Shown in pieces: positions 10,501 to 25,500 of a stretch of 64,000 nucleotides of DNA. A model generated the notes under the pieces. That model made no database searches and had not been told where the DNA came from. It worked only from the letters and a program-made list of their open reading frames with translations. The position numbers and the translations under genes are program-made. The stretch spans positions 22,742,767-22,806,766 of the forward strand of contig OZ037766.1 of NCBI GenBank assembly GCA_964035545.1, given 5' to 3'. Every line of letters begins with the position of its first letter. Positions within the stretch are counted from its first letter, which is position 1. The DNA comes from Bugula neritina (lineage: Eukaryota > Animalia > Bryozoa).

Positions 10501-13500
10501 ACCTTCAAGAGAGATGATGATCTTTGCCGCCTTTGCCGATCTACTTTACCAAAACTCTGTTTCTTCTTTATGGCTCTGCGACTCACCATTTTTGCTTTAC
10601 GCAAATCAGAAGGAGGCTTGACGTCAGACTTGAGAGACGTCTCCTCAATAGGTAGAGCTCTCAATGTCACCTGCATGGCATCAGAACATGGAGGAATGCA
10701 ATGACAACATAAGCATGTTGGCGTTGGATATAAGTGCTACACCAATGCCATAGACAAACAAGATAATATCTATTTATATACTATATTGTGGCCATAAATA
10801 CTCATTTCAAATATATAAATTATATATCATAACTAGAAATATCTTACATCTATAATACCCAAATTTGTCTACAAAAACCATGATTATAAACACTATTTCT
10901 TGCTTATATAACTCCATTTCTACAATGCTACACTATATTTATAAATCTTCTATAAACACCACATTTAGAAATATTAGTCCATACCATGTTGTTGTTCTTC
11001 TGTATTAATCTTACAATCTGAGGCTGTGGTAAGCCATGAACTGCTTCATTATTGATATGAGTAACTAGAAAGTTGGCTCCTAACCCAGCTTGGTACGCTG
11101 AGCTACCCTCCGCCACTGACTAAAACACAGGTGGTGTCATGTGTATCAACAGGTAACATTCACTTTCACTGATCACAACTATAACTTGGGCGGTAAATGC
11201 AACTAAAGTACATACACAGCGACAGCATGATTATGAGTAGTATTTCAATTAAACATTTTGAATGTCTACACTAGATGCACCTTTAGTCTAAGAGGCACAT
11301 TCGATAACAGAAGATAATAAATAAAATATAAAAAATAACATATAATATATAAGGTATGATATATAATATATAAGAAGTAACATATGAGGTATGATATATA
11401 ATATATAAGACAATAGAATGAGCAGAAAATCAACTAACTGTGATAAGATGGTTGATGTGGTAATAATGGCCGTCCCCAGAATACACTCTGATAGCCTTCA
11501 TGAAGAAACCATAACCTCTTGACCCTTTCTTCAAGATAAAGGGAGGGCGACGGAGGGCGTCCCTTGTGGGTGACTGATCCCTGGAAGATGCACTGGATGT
11601 AGGGGACAGCAGCACACTGGGTGTAATGTAACTGAAGTCTTCTGTAAGTACAAACACTTCTAATGTCAATATCTACCAGGTACTACAAAGTGCTACAAGG
11701 AGGTACAAAGTGCTACCAGGTGATACAAGGTGCTAACATGTGATACAAGGTGCTAACAGGTGGTACAAGGTGTATTGTCACGCACTCTTATTAAAACAAT
11801 TTTGATTACTAACTTATGTATTATACCGAGTCTGACATGCCAGCAAAATGTGACATGTTGAAACAATGACGTATCTGACAAACCTGAAGGAGGCGGAATA
11901 AGAAGAGAGAGTTGGGTGGCAGAGGCTGACTTCACAAACATACTGTTAGACTGTGAACTGGCAGCGCCAGGCACTGGCATGGGGCAGCTGTTTGAAGCCC
12001 TCTTAGTGTACAGACTCTGCTTACGGTGAGATGGTGGTGGCTGCTTTAGTAAGGTCTCCATTGTCTGAGGATTGTTGGCTTTCTGGTCACCTACAGCAAT
12101 ATGAATATAATGTTTCAGCATTACATAAAATTCTTTCACCAAATAGACGCAATACTTTAAACCCTATCTGATAAAGAGTGGGATACTGGTATTTATGCTT
12201 GTACAGAGCACTGGTTGACTGCGGCCATTCGCCAGGTCATTCAATAGCATTGCATACGTCTCTTTGAAGTTAGTGAGTACATGTGAGGGTGACTTAAATA
12301 TTTAGAACACTGAACTGAAACCATAACCCTATAGCTATAGTTCCATGATTTAGAAACTGTAACTAACGTGATGGGGGTGATGGTGAAGAGGCGGATATGG
12401 ACACTTCAGGGAGACTATGATGTCTATCACCGTAGTCTAGATAGCAGTCTGGGGTGGTTCTGCTCCGTGGTCTACTCCCCTTTCTACAACGTTTATATAA
12501 AATATAACTACTCTACTCTGATGCTCCCACAATGCATGCAACTTACTCAAATACTTCAGTCTGTAGCATCAGCTTGCCAGCATCATAACATTCCCCTTCA
12601 TACTGCTATGCAATCTAATTTACTTTGATACTGGTTACTTATCATTGCCAACAGCTTAGATTCATATTGATACGTAATACATTATTAGTCAAAGACACGT
12701 GACTCACTCTGATACTTTAGCCAATAGCATGTTGGGTTGCTTATTCCTATGCAAACGGCAATTAGGTTTGTTCTTCCTGTTAGACTTCTGTGAGATAGAC
12801 AAGCTGCTGCCAGGACTGTTGTTAGCAGATGAAGACGAGGCGCTGTCAGAACTTGAGTTGACCTGAAGGTGAGACTTGACTAAGCCAAATGGCAGGCTCA
12901 GGTTTCTGTCGGTACAGGAAGTATATATAGGAGTAGTTGAGGTGCTAACAGTAGCCTTGCTAGAAGTAGCGGAATTATGATTGTCCAATATGCCAGCTGG
13001 TAAGGATATGCTCGTTGTTTCCGCTGCGGTAGGATAATGTCTTTGAGATGCAGACGTTACGCTAGCAGTAAGAGTTGATAAGTTTGACTGACTGACTGGT
13101 GATATGGGGCTGAGAGGTGAGGTGACAACCTGTGTCACTGGCACAGGAGTGTAAGCACCGCTGGATGGTATGACATCAAACTGTATGGGGGTGGTGGGAG
13201 AAGACGCACAGGTGGTGGGTGTGTAGGCAGAGTCGGACTTAGTTTCAACTTCGAACGCATCATCATCCCCGTCATCTTCGTCATCCTAAAACGTGTAGCA
13301 AGTTCCAAAAACCCAGCGAAATTGTTTGTGAACATGTATACAGGAATTCCATCCTACCAGCAGGCAAAACACTGCCGACAGTAAAAATGCAGGCTAAAAG
13401 GAAACACATTTCTAAAAACAAAATCATTGGAAAAACAAAAAGTCAAATTAGATAAAACGAATTAACAAATAATAAAGTATTCTATCAACAGCTAAAGCTT

Positions 13501-16500
13501 TGGCTAATATATTAACAAGTTTCCAAACAAAGTACACACTAAGACATTCGTAGAACGCATAATGAACATGATATGTACGACTGTAGCGATACAAGACTCT
13601 TAGCACAGAGCATGACGGTGAGTAACAGCGAGTGTAGAAAAGAGCTGAACAGTGAGAGACTAGGAACAGTAGATAAAGACAGGGTAACACTCACACAGAA
13701 ATAGAAAGTACACAACCAACATTGAGAGCACAGCAACAGCAAATCTATCATATTCATGATTAGTTAGTGTTCTTATAGTGTATCAATGTTTAGTCATTAA
13801 TTAAAAAGTTTTGTAAAACATGGTGTAGCTGGTAGAGCAAGCATGAAAGTATTAAAATCAAGAAAAATCACTTGAATGTAAATAATCAGAGTATATTGGA
13901 GAGGTGTCTAGTGATCGTGACCTCCCCCCAACAACATGCACCGCTGTCACGACAGCTATACAAGACTCTCTAAACAGAACATGTAACAAGCAATTACACA
14001 ATACATTAATTACCCTCAGTTCTTCATCAATGGCTTGTGATCTTAGCAAGAAATTCTACAACCAGTGTATCACAAAACTGAAGCTATGAGCGATGGCTTA
14101 GACACTCAAACCAACAAATATAGAGTAGAGCGTTACGACTGAACTAGCACTGAGACATGCACACACATACATATTCATAATACATTATGTGGAGTCATCT
14201 CCTCTTACTAACAAGGAACATTATAGCACAAGGGTTTCGCATATTGAGGGTATCAGTTGAAACTTATAAGGTATCAGAATAACGTGCTATAGACTTAGAG
14301 CAGTGCAGCCCACATCACATTAACTGTGAGTGAATATCATGATAATATATGACCATATATATCACGGCAGATCCCTGAAAATGCAGTGAGGGTTTACGGC
14401 TGTAAGATTTTCACATAATCAACACCAACTACCTAAACATACAAGTACTATTTACATGAAATTCTGGACAATGCATTGTTTTACAAAAAGCTTTCCAAGC
14501 GAGAACCAGCCACATATACACACTTTTTTCTGGATGACCTCGGCAGCTGACGGAGCGAGGGCGTCGGATCGGCGGAGCGCCTTGTGTAGAGTGCTAGCTG
14601 ACTCGTCACTGTTGGGTGATGTTGGCAAGGAGAGAGGCGTGCTCAGAGCAGACGAGCTGGCGAGAGTGAAAGACGAATCTGGGTGATCAAGGGCCATGGA
14701 AATCTCCGAGTCAAATGAGACACTGCGAGATGCGGCTCTCTTACCGGAAATATCAGTGACATCAGCAGACGAGATTGAACATCCAGGTTGCTAGAGGGGA
14801 AAGACATAACGCACTGTTTACGTGTTCAGTATATACTGGAGATCTATAAATGGTACGTCATAAAATAGAAGGTCACATGACTACAAAAAAAGTGAACCAA
14901 CCTTCAACAGTCCAGTAGATGAATCACTGCGTCGCTCCAGTCGCTTCGGAGTTGAGGTGTTGGATTTAAGACTAGATTTAAGGATCTCGGGTGATTTAGA
15001 GAATGAGAAATCTTCAGTGTTGACCTGCACATATATGTTTGTATTAGAATATGAGAAGTATTGCTGGGCAGAGAAGAGATGATATACAAAGCTTTAGTAC
15101 CAACCTTGTCGCTAGCTAGCGTGACACGGGGGCTGTCTGACCCGCTATCACTACTTATCTGTGTAGCGACACCAAACACACTGGAGGAGTCTGAGCTCTG
15201 TCTGCTAAGGCTATCGTGTTCCTGTTGGTTCTGCAACAGAGTACACGTAGTAACTGGTACATGTACACGTAGTAACTGGTACATGTACACATAGTAACTG
15301 GTACATATACACGTAGTAACTGGTACATGTACATGTAGTAACTGGTACATGTAAACGTAGTAAGTGACACATATACACGTAGTAACTGGTACATATACAC
15401 GTAGCAACTGGTATATGTACACGTAGTAACTGGTACATATACACGTAGTAACTGACACATATACACATAGTAACTGACACATATACACATAAGGACTGAT
15501 TTATACCTTCATCTCCTGCACTTTCTGGTAAACTTTACTGTACCGAGGTGAGCAACTTGAGAAACTACTTATCATAATATCTTCGTCAGAGTCATCATCA
15601 TAATCATTATGTTGAGGAAATCTATCAGCCCGCACTGATGAAATATACCAATGAGATAATGTACATGGTATAATGTACAGATAGCATGGTAAATTGTATA
15701 GATAACAGAGTATATTGTATAGTTAGCAGAGTATAATGTATAGATAGCAGAGCATAATTTATAGACAGCAGAGTATAATGCGAAGACAGCAGAGTATAGT
15801 GATTGAGGTGTAACAAGTAGAATACCTGATTCAAACATTAGCATACAGAAAGAAGTCATAAATACTCACAATCAAAGTAACTTGTATCGTCCTCTCCTTC
15901 CAGATTGGGTATGAACTCTGCCTTCTGTCTCAACAAACTGTCCCAGTCAATATCACTGACAAAGAAATGCTCCATCACACTACGCGCACCTGTGACAGAC
16001 AAAACACTCCTAACCCTTCTGGGTGAGATACTTGGTGGATATAAGGATACAGGCGCCATATTGGATTAATACCTGTGGTTCCAAGACGTTTGAGTGGATC
16101 TCGCTCAAGCAGACGGAGGATGAGGTCATGAGCATCTGAAGGAAGGGCATATTCTTCTTCCTCTGGAAACTCTATGTCTGCCGTCAGCACCATCTGGAAG
16201 AGATCATCTGGAGTGTCTCCATAGAACGGCACACAACCGACCAGAAACTCGTAGAGGATAATACCCATAGACCACCAGTCTACCGGCTTACCTACAAACA
16301 AACATCAACAGGTATATCGTTAGTAGTGGACAGGTGTTACATACTCGCTGTTCACCGAGTACACACAGAACATGTGATACGGTAGAGTTACCTACCATAG
16401 CCCTCGCGGAGTATGACTTCTGGGGCTATATACTCCGGAGTACCAAATATCTGTCTGTCATTAAACTGCTTGCTCTCTCTGTCCAGGATGCCCTCCACAA

Positions 16501-19500
16501 GGTTGGTTGTCAGATTCATGATTCCCATTTTACTCAGACCAAAGTCGGTTAGTTTAATGTGACCCTCATTGGTAATTAGAAGACTACAATAGAATGGCTG
16601 AATTGAAAAACTTACAACTAATTTACCCGCTACTTTGTAGTCGGTTTGAAAGCCAACTAAACTGAATTCAACAACTTGACTAGATTAAATGATTATGTCA
16701 AATGCACGTTGGTGGGATAAAATCTCATTAGTGATCAACTAGAAAGTCCAAACCCAAAGATGATTTTTAACACAGCATGTAAAACTAGTGTCAATAGTGG
16801 TTTGAAAATTAAATTAAAATCTTTATCAGTACACTGAGTGCTATCCATCGTTTGCTGATGCTAAAAGTACAGGATAAAGAATGTAATAGTGCATAAGTGG
16901 TTATATTAAATTACTATCAACTAATTCTACTTGTAGGTAATGTGGGACAATAATCAACCAACATAAACTATAAGAATATTTTGGTGTAAAGAGTTAGCTG
17001 AATTATATTCTATACCACACATATTATATTCTATACCACACATATTATATTCTATACCACACACATTATATTCTATACCACATACATTATATTCTATACC
17101 ACACATATTATATTCTATACCACACACATTAGATTCTATACCACACACATTATATTCTATACCACACACATTATATTCTATACCACACACATTATATTCT
17201 ATACCACACACATTATATTCTATACCACACACATTATATTCTATACCACACACATTATATTCTATACCACACACATTATATTCTATACCACACACATTAT
17301 ATTCTATACCACACATATTATATTCTATACCACATACATTATACTCGATCTATACGAAATACATTAAACTCTATATCACACACGTATTATATCACACATA
17401 TATTATATAAATATATAAAGTACGAAAAAATTATTTGTAGCGTGTTACATTGTAATCATTTTTTTTAGCATCACCTGCAACTTTTAGCAGTGATTTGTTT
17501 AGCAAAGAAATGATAGAATAATAAAATGAATGAAAATAGCTTGAGAATCTAGTCTTACTTATCAGGTTTGAGATCTCTATGCACTATCCCATAATCATGA
17601 ATATACTCTAAAGCTAGGACCGTTTCAGCAAAGTAAAGTCTTGCCATATCCAGAGGAAGAGGACCTCCCATGTTTTTTATTAGTGCAGCACAATCTCCAC
17701 CTGCAGCAATAGAAATACCAAATAAAACTGTCCCAATACATGACAGCATACATAGGATATAGGGAACAAGTGATGAGCAACCACCAGTTTTCAATATGGA
17801 ACTGAGATAAATATATTTTTCCATGGCAGAGTTTGATCTTAAGCCAACCATTTCAGGGAAAATCGCTAGATAGATTCGAGCTGAGCAGCTCATACGCTAA
17901 AGAGGTAGAAAAACCAGGCTGTCTCAAAAACTAAGTAACAAAACGATACGATACTTCTTATTTATACTATTGAGGTAAACATTTGCGAATTAAACAATCA
18001 AAATAGTCATTCTGAGCATGCAGCAGAGTGAGATGGTGTAATGGAATATTGTAATAACAAACTAGAACATGTACACGATCATGATAAGCTGCTGAAAAGA
18101 AAGAAACTTCAGTTTTACAGGGACAAGCAGTTAATTTAATAAAAAAGAAAAAAACTTATTTTCACGTGAAGAATGTGGCTTCTACCATTGCCTGGATATA
18201 CAAAGACAAAAATGTCCTAATATGGAGGGTTCACCAAAAAAACAAACAAGTGGACCAAGTAGAAAAATAATTGCACTAAACTTGACTCTCAGACCGAACT
18301 GACTGAAGATTTCTGACCGATGTAGATACATGGGAAACCAGTGAATATAAGCAGCAGCTTGGTTGTAAGCAACATGAAGAGAAGTCATAAAAAGCAAAGA
18401 TTATATCCTACCTTCAACATACTCCATAACAAGACAGAGGTGTTTCTTTGTCTCAAAAGAGCCATACAGACTGACTACAAAAGGGTTGTCAGCGAATGTC
18501 AGTATGTCTCGCTCATTAAACACCTGCTCTACTTGGTTACGCAGAACCAAATTAGTTTTGAGTAACTTCTTGATGGCAAACCTTTGGTTATCATACTTGT
18601 GTCTCACCAACCATACAACTCTGTAACAGTGAACAACCTACATTAGTGAGGGACCTACATTAGTGAGGGCAGTGAATTTTATTACATCATGCTCAGGTTA
18701 CTTATACAGTGCTCCCTCTGTATCTCACGGCCCCATTGCTCAGAAAACTCTATAGGTCATGAGAAGGGTGTGGAACCCCGATTTGTGGCTTATGTATGTG
18801 TGTATAAGGACAAAATGGCTGAATTTAACGGTTATGCGAGTTAAATCTGGTACTCTACTGTGTCATGAATTGAGGTCTAGGGACTCATTGCTTAGAGAGA
18901 TATGGGGAGAGCACAGTATAAGCTATTTTCAATAATCCCCTAGCATTTTTCTGCTCACAATTCTGCCTAAACTTACCCATAAGCCCCGTTAGATATCTGC
19001 TTGATGTACTCAAAGTCTTCCTCTACTGGAACTTTCATACTCGACTCTCGTGGCGTAGAAAGAGAATCGCTCGTGTCGTCTAAATTAATATCTTGGAAAT
19101 CATCCAACTCGTCGGGTAACATTGCTAGGATATTAAACCAGAGGAATTAACAACAATATAACAGAACTAAACTTTACACCACACTATGAGAAGAACCATA
19201 AACAGTTAAAAATATAATCAGACAGCAACCAGAATGCAATTCAATATTTGAATATGGTCAGTACATATATACATATGAATATGCACCTTCCAGAGGGTCT
19301 CGGTTGAGTTTCAGTTTGTTTACAATGTATTTGGGAATGTCTGAAGTGTTGATAGTTTTCTTAGCTTGGCCCTCAGCCTGTTCCAGCAGACAGTAAAACT
19401 CGTCTGGATCAAACTCCTAGATAATATTATCAGACATAGTATTACACTATCATCAGATGTGACATAGTATAATACTATCATCGGATACAACATAGTGTTA

Positions 19501-22500
19501 CACTATCATCAGATGTGACATAGTGTTACACTATCATCAGATGTGACATAGTATTACACTATCATCAGATACAATAAGTAATACACTAGCATTTGCTTTA
19601 GTGAGTTAATATTTCTTATAGACTCAAAGAAACACAAAATACTACGCTCTAAGTTATCTTCTCTTGACTTAAACTAGTGGGAGTTGGTGTAAAGATACAT
19701 ACGAGACACTCTAGTAGCCGGGCAGCCCTGGAGACTATCATGAGTAGAGTCTTAGATATCTTATCCACCTGATTTACAGCAGCACTAGCTCTTGACTTCA
19801 CCTAACAAACATCACAGGAAGTTAGAAATTAAGCTGGATAATCAGGAATAAAAAACGGCTTTGTTGATACAAAAGATGCTCAAGTTCTACATTCTCCAAC
19901 ATTGAGCACAGCCTACATGTTATATACAACACATTCACAGCTTTACCACAGCAGTGAAAGGTGACCACCGCACATTCACAGCTTTAGAAAAAGACGTACA
20001 TCATTACACAGAGTCCTTAAGTTCTCAGTCAGTTCGTGGAAGTACAGAGCAGAGAGGAGTTGATTTTCACTCTTGTCCAGACAGTCCTGCGCCAGATGCA
20101 CGATTTGCTTGTGTACAAAAGACAATATACCGTCACCGTCATCTGTCTGTGGTTGTGTGGCTGGCATTGCAGTGTTCTCCGCTATGAACTGTCTCAACTT
20201 CTCCTCCATCTGTCCCACAGCCTGTGATATACACACATAACTTACATTATCATATCTCACAGGCTGTGATATACATATTCTACCTACACTATCATATCTC
20301 ACAGGCTGTGATATACATACATTACTTGCACTATCATATATTTTAGCCTGTGATACATACATTACCCACACTTTCATATCTTACCACTCAAAGTTCTCAA
20401 TTACTCAAAACTGCATAGGATTTACAGCATAAAATTTTTATGAGAACCAAGCTATAGATTTCTCCAGCCATTGTTTAGTGTTTCGTGTGTTTCTACTCAC
20501 TTCGCCCACACTGTTTCCTTACACAATAATACTCAGTTTTTGCTCCAGCACAACCACAACAAAGAACACAGCTGAAAGGAGAACTGTCAGATAGTCTACA
20601 TACACTACTTCTGTGCAATGTGACAGGTGGTTCTACAACTAGTAGTAGTTCATACAATGGCTAGTGTGTACTAGCCTAGTGTACGCTAATCAATATGGGT
20701 TTTTAACCAGGATACAGACACTGAATGCTCTATCTATCTAACAACTAGAACAACTGACTGAAGCATGTTATTATTTTGTTTTTATTTGCCATATTTTCAT
20801 AAAATATAAGATGTAAGGACTACCTTAGGGAATCTTTCTCTGTACACAGAGTTCATCATGAAAGTAGAGTCTGCGTCTAGCAACATTGCTCTGGTGGGAC
20901 TGTAATACAATACAGCACATCTTAGGATGAAGCATATTTACGGTATTATGTAGTAACGTATAACCATACACTGGAGTAATACATAGTGGTACGTGTAGCA
21001 ACACCATTCACTATATTATGCAGGTAATATATAATCAACTATATATACAGGACATAAAACACAATCACCAATTGCAAATCATCTATAAGCAGCCCCAAGT
21101 TGGGAGTGACTGAGTGCAGTAGTTTGGGATCTCGAGTTTAGAGTTGAGGGGGTTTAAAGTTCCAATCTCAACCCCCCCAACTCGAAACTCGAGAATCACA
21201 AACTACTGCACCCAATCACTCACAACTTGGAGCTGCTTATAGAACAATTTGAAGTTGTCAAAATGAAATAGCGGAGTCAACACATCTCAATCATTAGGAA
21301 GGGATGCAAGGAGTTGCAATAGGAAGAGAAGGTTAGCTACCTGCCACCAATCTGATTGAGCACACCACGTGATTTATTGTTATTAGGGACATAAAACTTG
21401 AGTGCAAGGAAATGAAGTATTGTTAGCTGCAGGTATATAATATGTAGAAAGTGAGTATAAATCTATATTATGCAGATGAACTCTGCAGTGATGTTAAAAC
21501 TTTGAATACTGTATTAACTACTAGCTAAGAAGAGAGGTGAAGGCAGATAGCAATAATGCACCAGAGTTAAGGGATCAAAATTGCAGTTTTTAAAGTCATT
21601 CTACTTGCCTGAATATGCTGGCTGAACAACTAAAACCACCGGTCATAAAATTAACAAACAAAAATTTCAATGATTTGAAATTTGTAAACTAATTGACTGA
21701 AACAGCATTTAAGATAGCAGTAAGGTGAATAAGTGTGTGCAGCTATCAGCTAGAAGTGATAAGAGAATGTAGCCTTCTTGGAAGTGCAAAAAGATTTAAA
21801 TAATCAAGTGCTATTTTGCAGTCTCTACAGTTTTAATTTCAATTCTTGGAACTTATACTTTTTAATTTATTTTTAAAAAAGTGGATATAGGTAATAAATA
21901 ACTATAACATAACTTATTTTAGTTTTAGATTTAAGTATAATTCTATTTTATCTTTCACTTTAAAACTGTAACAAATTCAATAAAGGATTCAACGTGGATT
22001 AAAGAATAAGAGCAAGATTAACATACCACCACATAAATTCAATATTGACCACCTTGGATAGAGTTGGTGACTTGAACAGAACAAATTAATATAAGAAAGA
22101 AGGTGACAGGATAGACTGAGAGGGAAGTGTGGTAAAGTTAGAGGTAACATGGGAAGGGGATGCGCACATCTCATAACCAGTCTGCAGAGAGTGTAGACTG
22201 ACAGCTTAGTTAAATTTATCATTTAAAAACTGAGACGCAACATAAATACACTAGTGATGTGGATAGAGGAGAGAGAGCATAGAGTGCTTGTATTACATTA
22301 CGTATAACACGAAGTTATATTATACTATTCATCATGTATGTATAAGTAAAAGAAGACAACTCACTCTGACACTAGCCTATTCCTGTCAACAACAAACAAG
22401 TCATAGAAATAAAAACTTCCTTTTAATTTACAGGGTAATATACAACATCACGTAATACTTTTCCAACTGTCGAGTTTAATTTCAGCAACTATGACTGCAT

Positions 22501-25500
22501 TATGAAATGATGGGCAACACAGCAGAAACAATTTAGGTTTTAGGACTGAGAAAACATATTCTTACAAAATTATACAGTCAAAAGAATACATTTATTATGT
22601 TGCTGTATGCAGCGTAAATAAAAAAACAAGAAGACAATTACTTTCTTTTCCTCAATCAAAAAAAGGACCAATCAGGTCTTTAACTGTTAGTTCAAGCAGA
22701 CAGTAAACTTTTTATGCTGTGCTTACTATCTACTCCAAGAAGTCCAACATCATTAACTGAAAGACAAGCCAAGCAAACCCTGTATTCTGACAGTCTAGTA
22801 TCTGGCAATTTAATGAACAACATCCCAAACAAAGCAGTGCATCTCTGTTTGCTTCTGGTCACTTTAATTGGTTTAGTAATGACTTGTCAAAATATATTAG
22901 GATTTAAAAAACCCACCTAAAATTTGATAAGCTTTCAAGTTTGTTTTGCTAAGTGTGTTTGGGTCCTAACATTGCCACAAACATTACGAATAGATATTTT
23001 CTCAAAAAGAGAAGACAACTGTTAAAAGTGGGGTATAAGCCAGGTTCGTTATAGTTTGAGCTGATGCATAGTATGTATTAATGAATGTGACAGAAGTATG
23101 AATTTGTATGTATATATATATATGAAACAAGTGAAGGATAAAGTGTCACAGTTACCTGAAGCTGCGACTTCTTGGCCGAGGAAGAGGAGAGAGCAGGGAC
23201 GAGTCATCTTCTATGGGAGGATTACTCTCACTGCTGCTGAACCTCTCTCTGGACGGTTCAGTAGACAGCAGGTCATGTGCAGAAAAGAAGGGGTTAACCC
23301 TCTCCATTGAAGATGTTAGTGACTGAAATATCATAGATATGAGGGTATGGTGCATATATTCTAGTTGGTTTTACACAAGTTGGTGGTTAATCTTACAACA
23401 CCAATATAACATTGCTAAAACTCAAAAACAGAACTACATTTCTAAAGAGCGCTAATAAGAGTTCACTAAAATTCTACTCAAGCATTTAATACGTGTCCAA
23501 TTAACAAGATTTACTTGACTTTTAACAAAAAACTTCATAAAACAAAAAGGATAAGCAAAGAAAATACCAGAAAAACTAAAGTGAAAATGAATTCTCAGAC
23601 TGAAAATTCTCATTAGAAATATTAATCAAATAAGCAGATATAGATTTAAGTCCCTCATTGAGTGTCACTGTAGCAAAGAGTACTTACATTTGACCCTCCG
23701 GTGGTTGTGCTGTAACCAGATGAAGCAACACTCCATCTTCTGTTTGTAGAATCAGCAGCCCTGAAAGTTTTCAATTGATTAACTTTCATTAACTTAATTA
23801 ATTGATTTAGAATAGAGAAGAGAGCTGGGGATGGAGCTGAGTTATTCACTTCACCCATACTGCTCCATCAGAATAATGACTTTGTCGAGCTTACAAATAT
23901 AGTATAATGAACAGAGGATGTCTTATAGAAGCAAAGAGTCACTGACTCCATAACCCCCAGTAAATTAACCACACTTATACCATGATATGCAAACATTAGT
24001 ATACAGTGTGATCACTTTATGCAAGTAGCTGTAGTGCATATCTTAGTGACTGTAGCAGTTGATGTGTAACTGCTATGTACCTGTAGCTATAACGAAACTG
24101 CACTATATGTAGCTGCGATTTGACTCCATAATATTTGTATTTAGCTGCCTCTACAAATTGCAATTACATGCAGTAATTATTTTAAGCAATTATCCAATAC
24201 ATTAACTTATTACTTGGTGCTGTACTACAATATATACTAAATGTGATCTAGGAGGTTGGCATTATGACTGTGTGGGTTGCATTTACTCAAGTTTTATTGA
24301 ACTTTAATGCCTCTAGCATTAGTTTCCCAAATATTCTAATAACATGTTGAGGTTCCAAGGTTGCTAGGCTATCAGCCTTAAGAAGGTGAAACTTTTAACT
24401 AAAACACATTCCGACATAGCCTACATCCACTACAACTGTATCCATGTTGCTGCCTCTTTAAAGCAAGTCTTTATTACACCATTTGTATGGTCAGTAACTT
24501 AGTTTATGCATGTAGTTCTTAAACTGAAAGATTGAGGATAAAGGAAACATTTAGCTACATTTATTACCATTTGTTTTATACACTCTACAGGACTGTGGAT
24601 CTCAAGAACCAATTAATAACAGTATTACCTCTATTCCAAGGTCATTATCCAACATTAAAGTCAGGCTCAGCCATACTAGCTTGAGCTCACTCATCAGTGA
24701 TTTTGCACAACAAGTAAGAATTTTGAGACATGAAATATGATTTCTTATAAACAAATATATGAATATAGCAAGTGAGAAAATCAAGTCTGCAATCTAACTT
24801 GAAGCGTAACGGTTACTTCACCAACAGCTAGAGTTGCACTTGGTCATATTAAGCACAATACACTTGGTCATATTAAGTACAATACACTTGGTTATATTAA
24901 GTACAACTGAGGAAATTTTTATGGTAAATTAATGTACCAAAATGTGAGACAGAAACCCAATATAAAAAATACCAAAAACTGCCTATACTAATAGGAAACC
25001 CCTGACCTACTGCAATGACGTAGTTAGGAATAGCTCAGCTGATCCTGGTGTACTTACGAGGACATTTTCTTCAGGTTCTGTACAGGTGGGGGAGGCAGGG
25101 GAGACCCTGGAGCTCTCACTTCAATAGGGCTTGCAGCTATAAATAGTATCAGAATAGTAGACAACATTGTGTATAGTAACTTATGAGTGGCCATTGCTCA
25201 AAATATTACTATTAATGGTGGTAAAACCAACAGCTGATGTCATATATGTATCACATGGCTACAAAAACTGAATTTATCGAAAGACAACGAATGTGCTGTT
25301 GGCATAAATAGTTGAAAAGGTAAATAACACAACATATCTAATGGTCATTCACACCAGAGTGGATACAGGGTAGACGCAAGTTGACCTTGAAACACAATGT
25401 ATACATTTGTGAAGCAACAACTTGAAGCTTATTGCGTGAGGTAGAGGGTTCTGTACCAACTGTGGCAGCCAATAAAGGTTTTCTGTCATTATTATAACAT

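Noticed and set aside
14904-15490. Overlapping Cys/Tyr/Val-rich ORFs
   Set aside because: Products of the 22-bp minisatellite. Only 15105-15230 and 14902-15024 are real exons.
16954-17316. (CGIEYNV)n 120-aa ORF, or a possible CRISPR-like array
   Set aside because: A 21-bp head-to-tail minisatellite with no spacers, inside a eukaryotic intron.
17770-17885. GTGATGA...CTGA box C/D snoRNA-like signature
   Set aside because: It is on the strand opposite to the host gene and has no terminal stem or evident guide.
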